Shown: positions 25,511-35,100 of the stretch, one piece after another
How positions within the stretch are numbered: the first letter of the stretch is position 1
How the letters are laid out: the number at the start of each line of letters is the position of its first letter
DNA from: an uncultured Gammaproteobacteria bacterium
GTDB lineage: Bacteria; Patescibacteriota; Patescibacteriia; SBBC01; CAIJZX01
Length of the DNA: 64,000 bases
Reading direction: 5' to 3'
NCBI GenBank assembly: GCA_964397195.1
Contig: CAYNGY010000002.1
Coordinates: 180,012 to 244,011 of the forward strand
Translations under genes and position numbers: made by a program
Notes under the pieces: generated by a model
Databases searched by the model: none
Seen by the model: only the letters and a program-made list of their open reading frames with translations
What the model was told of the DNA's origin: nothing

Positions 25511-25792
25511 ATGATTGAAGTACGACGACGAGATAATGAGTCCAGCGAGAGTTTGTTGCGCCGTTTTTCGAAGCGTGTCCAGCAGAGTGGTGTCTTGCTA
25601 CGAGCCAAGAAACGCCGGTTCTACGAAAAGGGGAAGAATAAGCGTGCCCAGCGCACTGATGCGCTTCGCCGCCTGGCTATTCGCGAACAACGCGATATTC
25701 TCCGTAAACTCGGCAAACTTGAAGAATATGACCTCAAGAAGCGCGGGAAACGGCCGCGCCGCTTACCATCTATTCCAAGCGCGACGACGTAA
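25511..25792 (+). CDS. rpsU: 30S ribosomal protein S21.
   Basis: The S21 signature MIEVRRRDNESSESLLRRFSKRVQQSG...KRRFYEK is present. Confidence 0.8.
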   Translation: MIEVRRRDNESSESLLRRFSKRVQQSGVLLRAKKRRFYEKGKNKRAQRTDALRRLAIREQRDILRKLGKLEEYDLKKRGKRPRRLPSIPSATT

Positions 25793-25797
25793 CACGT

Positions 25798-26238
25798 ATG
25801 TCACTTCAGGCTCGTATTGATTCCGCCTACAAAAACGCCTTAAAAAGCCATGAAGCCATGGCGGTTGAGACGTATCGGATGATGAAATCAGCCGTTAAAA
25901 ACGCGGAAATCGAAGCGCGTCATGAATTAAGCGACGACGAGACTGTGGCGGTGCTCGCCCGTGAGGCGAAGCGCCGCCGCGAGTCGATGGGCATGTTCAC
26001 GGCCGCGAATCGAGATGATCTGGCCGCACATGAACAAGACCAGCTGACGATTATTGAAACGTTTCTCCCGAGTCAGCTGTCCGACGACGAACTGAAAGCC
26101 GCGGTTGAAGCCGTCATTGCGGCCCAATCGGCGACCGCCCGAGATTTCGGCAAAGTGATGGGCGCCGTCGTCGCCGCGACGAAAGGCCGCGCCGACGGCG
26201 GACGAATATCGGCGATCGTCAAAACCCTTTTAAAATAG
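25798..26238 (+). CDS. GatB/YqeY-domain protein.
   Basis: Typical YqeY features are present: ...AYKNALKS, AVLAREAKRRRESM..., and a C-terminal GKVMGAVVAATKGRADGGRISAIVKTLL. Confidence 0.7.
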   Translation: MSLQARIDSAYKNALKSHEAMAVETYRMMKSAVKNAEIEARHELSDDETVAVLAREAKRRRESMGMFTAANRDDLAAHEQDQLTIIETFLPSQLSDDELKAAVEAVIAAQSATARDFGKVMGAVVAATKGRADGGRISAIVKTLLK

Positions 26239-26268
26239 TTTCGATCAATTTTCAAACAAAGACCGCAC

Positions 26269-29200
26269 ATGCGGCAAAAAAACATTCGAACAATTCTCAG
26301 CATTGGTCTTCTGGTGGCGGCAGTCAGCGGTGGGTTGTGGCTGGCTTCGACCGCTCTTCCGGCCTCGGCCCAGACCGCGACCGCCTTTAGTATCGAGTCG
26401 ATTGGGACCAAGGTTGGACTGAAGAATACCGACCTGTTGCAGGTGGTCTATAACGTCATTCGATGGGCGCTGGGTATCTTGACCTTCACTGCGCTCGGCT
26501 TTGTCATGTACGGCGGTTTCTTGTGGTTGACGGCGGCGGGGAATGAAAAGCAGATTGAAAAGGCGAAACGGGTCATTCTCCAGGCTTTAATCGGCATGGT
26601 CATTGTGCTGATCGCTTGGGCGATTGTCTTGTTCGTCGCCCGGTTCTTCCGTGATGCGACCGACACCGGGAACACGAACAATACGAACTCCGGTGTGTCG
26701 TGTTTGCCCGGAAGTCCGGATTGTCCTGACCCGACCAGCACGTTCAATGTGACGACCGTGGCTACCTGTGCGGATCCGTCGGATTACACGACGAACGTGC
26801 CGCGCTCAAGTAATGTGGCGGTGTTCTTTAATGCGCCGGTGGCCCAAGACTCCGTCCAGGGCGCGGTTGAAGGGTCGGCACCAAAACTGATGACCTTGCG
26901 CTGTGGGACTGATGCGGCGAACGATCCGGCCTGTGCGACTCAAGACGTGGCGACGCGACCAGTCAGCAGTCAGCGATTTACCGCCAACAAGTCGGCCGCC
27001 ACCGAATCGAATCCGGGGGCCGAATGGGTGGCGAAGCAGCGCAGTAATGCCATTACGTTTGTCCATCGCTCGTTTGATACAAACGCGACCGACGCGAAAA
27101 ATCAATTATTTGAAGCCGAGCGAAGCTACCGAATTCAGGTGCCGCGTCAGGGATCGGCGACGGCGCTGACCGATGCGACCACTCAAGAACGGCCACTGGT
27201 TGATTGTCGAAATGATGACGGCAGTATCATCCCAAACTGTCAGGTTGATACCGACCAGCATATTATTCACTGGACCTTCACGACGGGTGAAGATGTGGCC
27301 GGTCCGGCCTTTGGGGTGACAAAAACAGTGCCGGTTTCAACCTACAAGTATCCGACGCCGGTGCCATCACCCGCGCCGGTTCCGGATCGCGATGTCGATC
27401 GGGATGGCGCACTGTGTATTTATTTCAGCGGTGCGGTCGATCCAATGTCGGTTGATGCCTCGAGCTTCACGGTCACAAAGTATCAGGCGACCGCGCCGCC
27501 GACAGCGGCCGGGAACTGGGTCAACGGGACACTCGAGACATCGACCCTGCCGACGGGCGACTTTACCGAGCCGTATTTCGTGAGCGGCGGACGCGGGGTA
27601 TGTATCGGTCCGAAAGCGCAACATGAATACGACGCGTTCTCCTGGTATCGGGTGCATGTGGACGGGATTCGAAACTTGTGTGGGACGGAAATGTCGCCGA
27701 CCCCATTCGAATGGGTGTTTGAGTCGAATGATCGGTTGCCGGGTGTCGAGAAAGTATACCCAGCCGACGGGGCGACGAATATGTGCCCAGCGACAAAAGT
27801 GAAAGTCGTGTTCCGGACGTCGATGTGGAATCGAGAGGCAAGTAACTGTACGGTTGGTGTCGGAAGCTACGTCACAAGCGGTCGTCTGACGACGGGTGGT
27901 GTTGATGCCGGTCGGGCCTTCCAAGTGGTGGATCAATTTGATCCGGATCAACCCAACCAAAACTGTCGCGTCTTTGAATTTGCACCGACGACTACCGCGT
28001 TGCGGCTCGGCCAAACATATAACGGCGTAGTGCTGACCAATCGGTCCATCGACTCCGATGGCAAAAAGCTGGAGGTCGGGACGGAGAACTCCGGGCATCC
28101 ATGGAGCTTTACCGTTGGTGCCGATGCCGCTACCTGTGTGCAACCGCCGTTGATTACACGGATTAGTCCGGCGGCTGGGAAAAACGGCCAGTGTATTACG
28201 GTCCAGGGTGATTATTTTGAAAAAGTGAATCAGGCTGATACAAACCCGGATAAGGCCGATCCGGGAGATGGATTAACCTTGGGTGGGCGCGATCAACTTA
28301 CCGATGCGGATGCGACCTGGACGAATAATAGTATCGTGACGGTGGTCGATGCCGGATCGCTTGAGCGCGATCGAAAGCAGCCCTATAAGGTTACCGTTCA
28401 TTACGGCGCACCGCTGAACGTTGATTTATCTGATGAGGTGGCTGATCGATTTACGTTACAGTCCGGCGATGGGTCGAGTGGCCCGTGTTTATTGAAACTG
28501 ACAAAGACGAGCGGTCCGCCGGGCACCCTCTTTAATGCGCTAGGGAAACGATTTGGAAATGGGACTGGTCAGAGCGCGGTGGCTTATCCGCTGTCACCGG
28601 CCGCCCAAGAGTTGCCGTACGCGTCGTGGTCAGCGACACAGGTTACGGGTGCAAATATTGTGACGGGGACGCCGGTTGGTGAAGCGCCGGTGAGTATTGT
28701 CGATGCCGCCGGTCAGATCAGCAACGAGATTCAATTTACGACAACCGCGCCGGTCGTGGCTGGGCCCGGGGCGCCGCGGGTTGAGGAATCAACGCTCTGC
28801 GAGCTGGATCCGGCCCGACGTGCCATTCCAAGTCCGAATCCGAAAGATGGTGACCAGAACGTTTGCTTAACCGTCCAACCTGAAGTGCGATTTACGATGC
28901 CGATGTTGGATACGAGTCTCACGGCGAATGGGGCGGTCGTAGTTTCCGATTGCACGTCGGGAACGTGTGATGTCGTGCCCGATACGTCGGTACATGTTGA
29001 TGCGGATGCAAAAGGGCTACAAATTCAAATGCCCCGTTTGACGCCGAGCCATAAGTACAGTGTCACCATCAGTGGTGATGTGCAAAGTACGACTCATGCC
29101 GTGATGGGGGCGGATTATACATGGCGATTTACCGCTCAATCGGGGAATGGGGACTGCCCAATTAAGGCGATCGGTATTGCCGAACGGAATACCTCATTTT

Positions 29201-32200
29201 CGACTTTGCCGTTCTCATACGCGCTGCATTCGCGACTCTATGATGCGGCCTGTCGAAGTATTACCGGCGCATGTGCGGCATACGACTGGACAAAAACGTC
29301 GTCGCCGAATGTCATCACACTCTCGTCAACGACGAGTCAGGATACGATTGCCAGTAGCGTTGACGATGGCACGATAGAGGAGGGGGTGGCGTCGGTGCAG
29401 GTGCAGTGTCAGGAGAAAGTCTCGCCGAAAGTGACGATCACGTACGACGCGACATCTTGTACGAGCGACGCGCAGTGTCAGGGCACGAATCGATTTGGTG
29501 AATCATGCACCACGGCTTCGCACTGCGTGAACTCTAGTTGTACGCCGGTGGTGACGAAACTAATGCCGGACAGTGGTCGGGCCGGTTCAGGTGTTTCGAT
29601 TCATGGCTGTTGGTTTGGCTCGTATGTTGACGGACGGAGTAAGGTTATTTTCGGCGCTGACCAAGGCGAACTCGCAAGAGAGGCACCGGCGTTTGACCCG
29701 CAGATCTGTGATAATCGTAGCAGTTGGCAAAATGATTATATAATCCGGGCGGTGCCGGCGAGTAGCGTTACCGGGTCGGTCAAAGTGATTCGGAGCGATA
29801 CGCGAGAGGCTAGCAGCGGCACGCCGTTCACCGTCAATACGGTGCTCCATCCGATATTGTGTAAGGTCCTTCCGCCATCGGCCGCACCGGGAACAAATGT
29901 GACAATGGTTGGAACGGGGTTCACTGATAAAACACTTCCGGATGCCTCATTGCCGGTTGACTCTTCAAATACGACCGCCCAAAGCTCAGCCCTGATTCAA
30001 AATGTTGATGCCGCGGCGAGTCTGCGGTCCATGACCGGATACCTGCGCTGGAACGACAAAGAGATTGCCGCGCCAATACCAAGCATCGGCTTCGGACTGA
30101 GCCGCGTTTATATTCGCGCCAATGCGATTGAGTCAAATGATGTCCTATTTACCGTTAAGGACCCGAACGCAGCGGCCTGTGTTTCTTGTACCGAGACGAC
30201 ATCCTGTCCAAATGCTGCTGATGGGTCGGTGCAGGGCTGTTCAAACGTGACAAAATGCTGCGCGCCGAGGCCGCGGGTTATTTCCTCAAATCCAAATGAC
30301 GGAGAGACGAATATGTGTCGCAATACTGTGACGCAACTACGTTTCTCGTTGCCGCTTGATGCCAATACCGCAACACCGGAGTCTGTGCGATACACCGACG
30401 GCGCATTTGTCCGGGCGACTGAGGTGAGCGTCCATACCGATGGTACCGAGGGTATTCTCACCATTCAGCCGGGACTGCTCGAGTCGAACGCTACCCAGCG
30501 TGTCTCCTTGCAAGGAGTGGCCGTAGCGAACGTTGCGGATCTCAAAAACGCGTCATTTGAAACAATGCAAAATGGCCAGGTGGCTTCGTGGGTAAACGTG
30601 CGGTCGAAGCAGACAACCGATCATCCCTCGGGTGTGACAGGGAAGTCGGGATTGGCCGATTGTTCCAACTGCGCAGCCGGTGAGCAAGCGTATTTAGCGC
30701 AAACTATCTTCCAATCGAACGGTGATCCGTGGCCGGCGAATAGCATGTTCCGAATAACCGGGTGGGTGAAAGTTGAACAGCCGGCCAACGTAAAATCTGG
30801 TTTGATCACACAGTGTACGGACGCGGCGGACCGACTGATTGATTGTACGTTTGATCTGGTTGAGGCGGCACCAGGATTATTCACCGGTACCTCGAGTGGG
30901 TGGCGGAAAGTGACATGGTATGCGCGAACAACGGTTCCGGCCGGATTGCATCTGAACTGTTTCGCTCGGGCTGGGGCCAAGACCTGGTGCGATAGCATCG
31001 TGGTCGAGCGAATGACTGATCAGGCGACGACGCTTCGTGGGCAGAATGGTGTTTTAGTTGACACGACAACGGGGACAAGGAGCTTCACCACGAGCACGGA
31101 AATATGTACGCTGGACCACGTGTCGGTCACCCCGTCGTATGATCATTGGGAAACAACGAATGACCAGCAAACATTCGTCGCTGAGGCTCGATCAACGAAT
31201 GGGCAGGTTATCGCGAATACGCCGGCATATAGTTATACGTGGACATGGAAAACTGGTGACGCGGGGATTGCAAAGCTCGGGACTGGTTCAGATCAAATTT
31301 CATTCAGTCTGCGGCAGGCTCTCTCGGGCGGGAAAATTGGGTCAACGCGGGTAACGGCCACAGCGGCGGTGACCACGAATAGTGCCCAGCCAACCGAGAA
31401 ACCGAAGAAGTCTGGCTCGGCAAGAATTGTTTCCTCAGTTTGTGCGAATCCTTGGCAGTTTGTTGATTCGGCAGATAATTGTGACACGGCGTCGTCACCA
31501 GCCGCCTGTGCAGACTTTAATTTCCAGATTGATTACTGCCGCGGAGCGGTCGGGGCGACACTCTTACCGGACTTCTCATATGTCGGTCAGGATGCGAGCA
31601 CGGGCATTGGTGCCATTGAAGGGGAGAATACGTCCCTCGGTCGCAAGAAATCTATTTTCTTTAAGGTCGATGCAAATGCAACTGATGCAATCGGGATTCT
31701 CATTTACGATAATACAAACTTTTTAACGCCAGCCGACTGGTTTGCGGATCACTTTCCATCACGTGCCGGCTCGGGCGTCTTCACGACTGTTGGTGGTTAC
31801 GGTGCCTATCAGGTTGGTTCAACCGTCTACGTTGGGGTGACCGATTTGGTTGGAACGGCGATGCGTGGACGCATCTTCGTCTTCGACTACAACTCCAATC
31901 AAGCGGATAGTCAGACAAAAGTTGTCTACACAGCGATGCTTGATGGCTTGATGTTCAACAATAATTTGAATGACGATATTGAGCGAGGCCAGCTCCAGCG
32001 CGATACGCAGCGCCGGCAAGATCTGAGTGCCATGGCTCGTTTGCTCGAGGCATACAAAAAGAGTAAAGGCACATTCCCATCCCTCGGCTCGGGGAGCTAC
32101 GTGACCGGGATCTCAACATCAAAGTGGCCGTCGTGGCAGGCGACACTTGGGGCGGCCTTGGGGAAGACGTTGCCGGTTGATCCACTCAATTCATTTGCCC

Positions 32201-32514
32201 GCACCTGTTCCGACAATGCGGCCCAACGGTGTACCCATGATGATCAGTGTGGTGGCGGGACCTGTAAGGCCCAAACCGTGTGTGCGACGCCCTTCGAGTC
32301 GTCGACCTGTTGGGCGGAGTCAACCCATAGATTTATGTTCCCAGCGGGCTCGACCGTTTATGGATATCAGTTCTCGGCCGGAACGTACCAGCTCAGTGCG
32401 CAGATGGAGTATGCGGGGGTCGGCAGTTTCCGGAACTTCTCGCCGCGATCAGCCGAGTGTGAATCAGGGGCGCTGAACGACTATCAGTGCTATAATTACC
32501 ATTACATCCAGTAA
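26269..32514 (+). CDS. Giant (2081 aa) cell-surface protein. It has an N-terminal signal peptide plus a VirB2/TrbC-pilin-like double-transmembrane module, several IPT/TIG domains and Cys-rich modules, and a C-terminal type-IV-pilin-like globular domain.
   Basis: The N-terminus reads LQVVYNVIRWALGILTFTALGFVMYGGFLWLTAAGNEKQIEKAKRVILQALIGMVIVLIAWAIVLFV, with two hydrophobic helices as in T4SS pilins. IPT-like segments include PLITRISPAAGKNGQCITVQGDYFE, VVTKLMPDSGRAGSGVSIHGCWFG and ILCKVLPPSAAPGTNVTMVGTGFT. The C-terminal RDTQRRQDLSAMARLLEAYKKSKGTFP matches the pilin/pseudopilin helix motif RxxDLxxxxxALELYxxxxGxYP. Confidence 0.6.
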   Translation: MRQKNIRTILSIGLLVAAVSGGLWLASTALPASAQTATAFSIESIGTKVGLKNTDLLQVVYNVIRWALGILTFTALGFVMYGGFLWLTAAGNEKQIEKAKRVILQALIGMVIVLIAWAIVLFVARFFRDATDTGNTNNTNSGVSCLPGSPDCPDPTSTFNVTTVATCADPSDYTTNVPRSSNVAVFFNAPVAQDSVQGAVEGSAPKLMTLRCGTDAANDPACATQDVATRPVSSQRFTANKSAATESNPGAEWVAKQRSNAITFVHRSFDTNATDAKNQLFEAERSYRIQVPRQGSATALTDATTQERPLVDCRNDDGSIIPNCQVDTDQHIIHWTFTTGEDVAGPAFGVTKTVPVSTYKYPTPVPSPAPVPDRDVDRDGALCIYFSGAVDPMSVDASSFTVTKYQATAPPTAAGNWVNGTLETSTLPTGDFTEPYFVSGGRGVCIGPKAQHEYDAFSWYRVHVDGIRNLCGTEMSPTPFEWVFESNDRLPGVEKVYPADGATNMCPATKVKVVFRTSMWNREASNCTVGVGSYVTSGRLTTGGVDAGRAFQVVDQFDPDQPNQNCRVFEFAPTTTALRLGQTYNGVVLTNRSIDSDGKKLEVGTENSGHPWSFTVGADAATCVQPPLITRISPAAGKNGQCITVQGDYFEKVNQADTNPDKADPGDGLTLGGRDQLTDADATWTNNSIVTVVDAGSLERDRKQPYKVTVHYGAPLNVDLSDEVADRFTLQSGDGSSGPCLLKLTKTSGPPGTLFNALGKRFGNGTGQSAVAYPLSPAAQELPYASWSATQVTGANIVTGTPVGEAPVSIVDAAGQISNEIQFTTTAPVVAGPGAPRVEESTLCELDPARRAIPSPNPKDGDQNVCLTVQPEVRFTMPMLDTSLTANGAVVVSDCTSGTCDVVPDTSVHVDADAKGLQIQMPRLTPSHKYSVTISGDVQSTTHAVMGADYTWRFTAQSGNGDCPIKAIGIAERNTSFSTLPFSYALHSRLYDAACRSITGACAAYDWTKTSSPNVITLSSTTSQDTIASSVDDGTIEEGVASVQVQCQEKVSPKVTITYDATSCTSDAQCQGTNRFGESCTTASHCVNSSCTPVVTKLMPDSGRAGSGVSIHGCWFGSYVDGRSKVIFGADQGELAREAPAFDPQICDNRSSWQNDYIIRAVPASSVTGSVKVIRSDTREASSGTPFTVNTVLHPILCKVLPPSAAPGTNVTMVGTGFTDKTLPDASLPVDSSNTTAQSSALIQNVDAAASLRSMTGYLRWNDKEIAAPIPSIGFGLSRVYIRANAIESNDVLFTVKDPNAAACVSCTETTSCPNAADGSVQGCSNVTKCCAPRPRVISSNPNDGETNMCRNTVTQLRFSLPLDANTATPESVRYTDGAFVRATEVSVHTDGTEGILTIQPGLLESNATQRVSLQGVAVANVADLKNASFETMQNGQVASWVNVRSKQTTDHPSGVTGKSGLADCSNCAAGEQAYLAQTIFQSNGDPWPANSMFRITGWVKVEQPANVKSGLITQCTDAADRLIDCTFDLVEAAPGLFTGTSSGWRKVTWYARTTVPAGLHLNCFARAGAKTWCDSIVVERMTDQATTLRGQNGVLVDTTTGTRSFTTSTEICTLDHVSVTPSYDHWETTNDQQTFVAEARSTNGQVIANTPAYSYTWTWKTGDAGIAKLGTGSDQISFSLRQALSGGKIGSTRVTATAAVTTNSAQPTEKPKKSGSARIVSSVCANPWQFVDSADNCDTASSPAACADFNFQIDYCRGAVGATLLPDFSYVGQDASTGIGAIEGENTSLGRKKSIFFKVDANATDAIGILIYDNTNFLTPADWFADHFPSRAGSGVFTTVGGYGAYQVGSTVYVGVTDLVGTAMRGRIFVFDYNSNQADSQTKVVYTAMLDGLMFNNNLNDDIERGQLQRDTQRRQDLSAMARLLEAYKKSKGTFPSLGSGSYVTGISTSKWPSWQATLGAALGKTLPVDPLNSFARTCSDNAAQRCTHDDQCGGGTCKAQTVCATPFESSTCWAESTHRFMFPAGSTVYGYQFSAGTYQLSAQMEYAGVGSFRNFSPRSAECESGALNDYQCYNYHYIQ

Positions 32515-32524
32515 GCTTTCGCGT

Positions 32525-32869
32525 ATGACCGACCACCTCGAAATGCCGTCACCAGCCCCATTCGGTTGGCGTGGTCGTTTGGCGTCGAAGCGAAAAATCG
32601 TTATACTAGGCGGGCTTCTCGTGATACTCTTGATTCTTGGGGCGGTTGCCTTTTTCACGCGAAATCCACTTGGACCAAGCGATCCCGATATCAACACCAG
32701 TACGGAGAATACGAACACACCGGGTTCAAGCTCAACAAACCGAACATTCGAACGTTTTCAGGCGGTCGTCAATCGGCCGACAACGAATACGCCGACTAAC
32801 CTGAATCGTCCGACCAAAGAAGATACGGCGGAAGCCATTCGTTCACTCACTAACACCAACCCACGTTAA
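32525..32869 (+). CDS. Small bitopic membrane protein with an Asn/Thr-rich tail.
   Basis: A single transmembrane segment IVILGGLLVILLILGAVAFF is present. The extracellular tail is low-complexity (NTNT). Confidence 0.4.
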   Translation: MTDHLEMPSPAPFGWRGRLASKRKIVILGGLLVILLILGAVAFFTRNPLGPSDPDINTSTENTNTPGSSSTNRTFERFQAVVNRPTTNTPTNLNRPTKEDTAEAIRSLTNTNPR

Positions 32870-32874
32870 TCAAC

Positions 32875-34254
32875 ATGCCTATGTTTGACTCACCACGTCC
32901 ACCACAAGCGCCGAACCCACTCAACCCAGTGATGCCGGCACCAGGAATGCAGACGCCGATGCCGGGAGCGGTTCCGCCTCCGCCAGCGCCTGGCCCAAGT
33001 TTGCCACCACAGCCACAGATTCATACAATGCCGGAACGATTCCGATCTACTGGTGGGTCAGCGAAGGGGGGCGGTGGTTCGAAGCGGTTGATTATTATTC
33101 TCGCCGTGGTGATTGGAGTTGGAGTGATCGTGTTGGGTGGTTTGTACGCCATGAACCGTTTCTTGTTAAACGGGAATGCAAATACCGCCAACACGAATAC
33201 CGAGCTTAATACGAACGCTGATGAGAATACCAACGCCGATGGTGGTGAGGTCCGCGATACCCAACGGAAAACCGATATTTCGGCAATTGTGACCGCCGCG
33301 CAGGATGTATTTGCCACGACCAGCGCGTATCCGACCACATTGGATGCCCTGAAGGCAGCGACCACAACAACCACGCTTAATATTACGGATCCGGGAACCG
33401 GTGTCGCGTATACGTACCAAACCTGTGATAGCGCGACCCATTTTGTGGTTACGGCGACACTTGAGACCGGCGAGGCGTGGGCGGCGAGTGATGTGACGAC
33501 GCTGGGGCAGGTTGGCGCCTTGTCATGCGGACAGGCAACCAACACCAATACGAGTACGAACACGAATAGCACGGTCGATTCGAACACGAATACAACGACG
33601 AACACGAATACCTCGACTAACACAAATACATCCACCTCCACCTCTTCCTATCTCAACTTGCCGTCGTCAACGGATACGGATGCTGATGGGTTGACGGATA
33701 CCGAAGAGGGCGTCTACGGGACGGTGGTCTCGAACCCAGACACGGATGGTGACGGGTTCATTGATGGGAAACAAACCCGAACGGATGGCACAGTCGTTGG
33801 AGAGCTCTACAACTTGTATGACCCGACGAAAGCGAATGGCGGCACTCTTGAAAGCAGCACCATTGCGCAGCGAGTATCGGATACGGCCAATACCTACAGC
33901 GTGCTCGCGCCAAAAGCCTGGACGTCGACTCCTGACGCGCAGGGCGGCATTCTCATCCAACCCTCGATCAATACCGGCGAGTTCTTCAAATTGAGTGTGG
34001 CGGACAATGCGTCGGGGCAGACACCAAAGCAGTGGTATCTGCAAGCAAACCCGTCGGCGGCGATCGATACGATGTCGACCGTGGCGGTCAACGGCCTTGA
34101 GGGCTTGGTGAGCGAAGACGGAACGACAGTCTATCTCTTTAAAGGGACAAAAGTGTACGCCATTCAGTATGGGGTTGGTTCGGTGACGAAGGTGAGCTAC
34201 CGCGCGACCTTCGATCTGATTGTCCGCAGTTTCAAGCTCGTTGCCAGTAGCTAA
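32875..34254 (+). CDS. Bitopic membrane protein. It has a Pro-rich N-terminus, a transmembrane helix, an Asn/Thr linker, a pilin-like domain, TSP3-like Ca-binding Asp repeats and a C-terminal beta domain.
   Basis: The transmembrane segment is RLIIILAVVIGVGVIVLGGL. The pilin-like helix is VRDTQRKTDISAIVTAAQDVFATTSAYPTTLDAL. The aspartate repeats are DTDADGLTDTEEGVYGTVVSNPDTDGDGFIDGKQ. Confidence 0.55.
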   Translation: MPMFDSPRPPQAPNPLNPVMPAPGMQTPMPGAVPPPPAPGPSLPPQPQIHTMPERFRSTGGSAKGGGGSKRLIIILAVVIGVGVIVLGGLYAMNRFLLNGNANTANTNTELNTNADENTNADGGEVRDTQRKTDISAIVTAAQDVFATTSAYPTTLDALKAATTTTTLNITDPGTGVAYTYQTCDSATHFVVTATLETGEAWAASDVTTLGQVGALSCGQATNTNTSTNTNSTVDSNTNTTTNTNTSTNTNTSTSTSSYLNLPSSTDTDADGLTDTEEGVYGTVVSNPDTDGDGFIDGKQTRTDGTVVGELYNLYDPTKANGGTLESSTIAQRVSDTANTYSVLAPKAWTSTPDAQGGILIQPSINTGEFFKLSVADNASGQTPKQWYLQANPSAAIDTMSTVAVNGLEGLVSEDGTTVYLFKGTKVYAIQYGVGSVTKVSYRATFDLIVRSFKLVASS

Positions 34255-34663
34255 GTCTCATCCACACGTTGACGTCACATGTGCCGTCAACGCCGGAGTC
34301 CCACCGACGTCGATACGCCGGTGGGCAGAGCAAGCGGTGAAAAAACTCCCGCTGCCGGTTGGACGAATCTCGATTGCTGTTGTTGGTGCGACCGCCTCAC
34401 GTCGGGCTAATGGGGCCTATCGAGAAAAACCATACCCGACGAATGTTCTCTCCTTTGTTTTTTCGCCAGCGGTGGATGGAGTGATCGGTGAAATTCTCCT
34501 CTGTCCGACGGTCATTCGTCGCGAGGCGCGCGGCCCTGAGTATCCGCAGCGATTCCGCTTCCTCTTACAACATGGTTTGATCCATCTGTGCGGATTCGAT
34601 CACCACACACGGCCAGAGCAGCGTCGCTGGGATCGCTACGAAAAACGGTTGTTACGATTATGA
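34220..34663 (+). CDS. ybeY: Endoribonuclease YbeY (rRNA maturation factor).
   Basis: The conserved HGLIHLCGFDH motif (HxxxHxxGxxH) is present. The 5' end may start internally and overlaps the upstream gene. Confidence 0.8.
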   Translation: MSAVSSSLPVAKSHPHVDVTCAVNAGVPPTSIRRWAEQAVKKLPLPVGRISIAVVGATASRRANGAYREKPYPTNVLSFVFSPAVDGVIGEILLCPTVIRREARGPEYPQRFRFLLQHGLIHLCGFDHHTRPEQRRWDRYEKRLLRL

Positions 34664-35022
34664 TGTTAAGTCCATACCGATTCTCCAGAAGCTTGGGCCA
34701 TGCGGCACGAGGCTTTTCCCGAGCCTTTCAAGGTGAGCACTCATTCCGGATCCATGTGGTTGTGGCGTTATTGGTGACGGTGTTGTTGTTTCTGCTCGAC
34801 CTCGACCCGCTGGCCATTGGGGTGGTGGTGTTAGTCATTGGTCTCGTCCTCATGTTGGAGCTCGTCAATTCGGCCATTGAGCGGTTAGTGGGGATGATGG
34901 AACCGCGGGTGCATCCGGCGGTGGCCGCGATTAAGGATTTGATGGCCGCGGCTGTCCTAACGGTGGCTGTAACCGCTCTGTTAATAGGGTGTTTAGTCTT
35001 TATACCGGCTCTAACGCCCTGA
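34660..35022 (+). CDS. dgkA: Diacylglycerol kinase (DgkA family).
   Basis: The ELVNSAIERLV motif and three transmembrane helices are present. The ATGA start overlaps the ybeY stop. Confidence 0.7.
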   Translation: MMLSPYRFSRSLGHAARGFSRAFQGEHSFRIHVVVALLVTVLLFLLDLDPLAIGVVVLVIGLVLMLELVNSAIERLVGMMEPRVHPAVAAIKDLMAAAVLTVAVTALLIGCLVFIPALTP

Positions 35023-35100
35023 ACACTTCCGGTGTTCAAGGGGTTTTCCTCCTTGACAATAATGGTGTATACTATTCTCGTCACAAACCCAATTTGACCC

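Noticed and set aside
35053-35058. TTGACA upstream of ftsA as a -35 element.
   Set aside because: It is only 9 nt from the TATACT hexamer, too close to act as the -35 of that -10. It probably belongs to the surrounding sequence context rather than a canonical -35.
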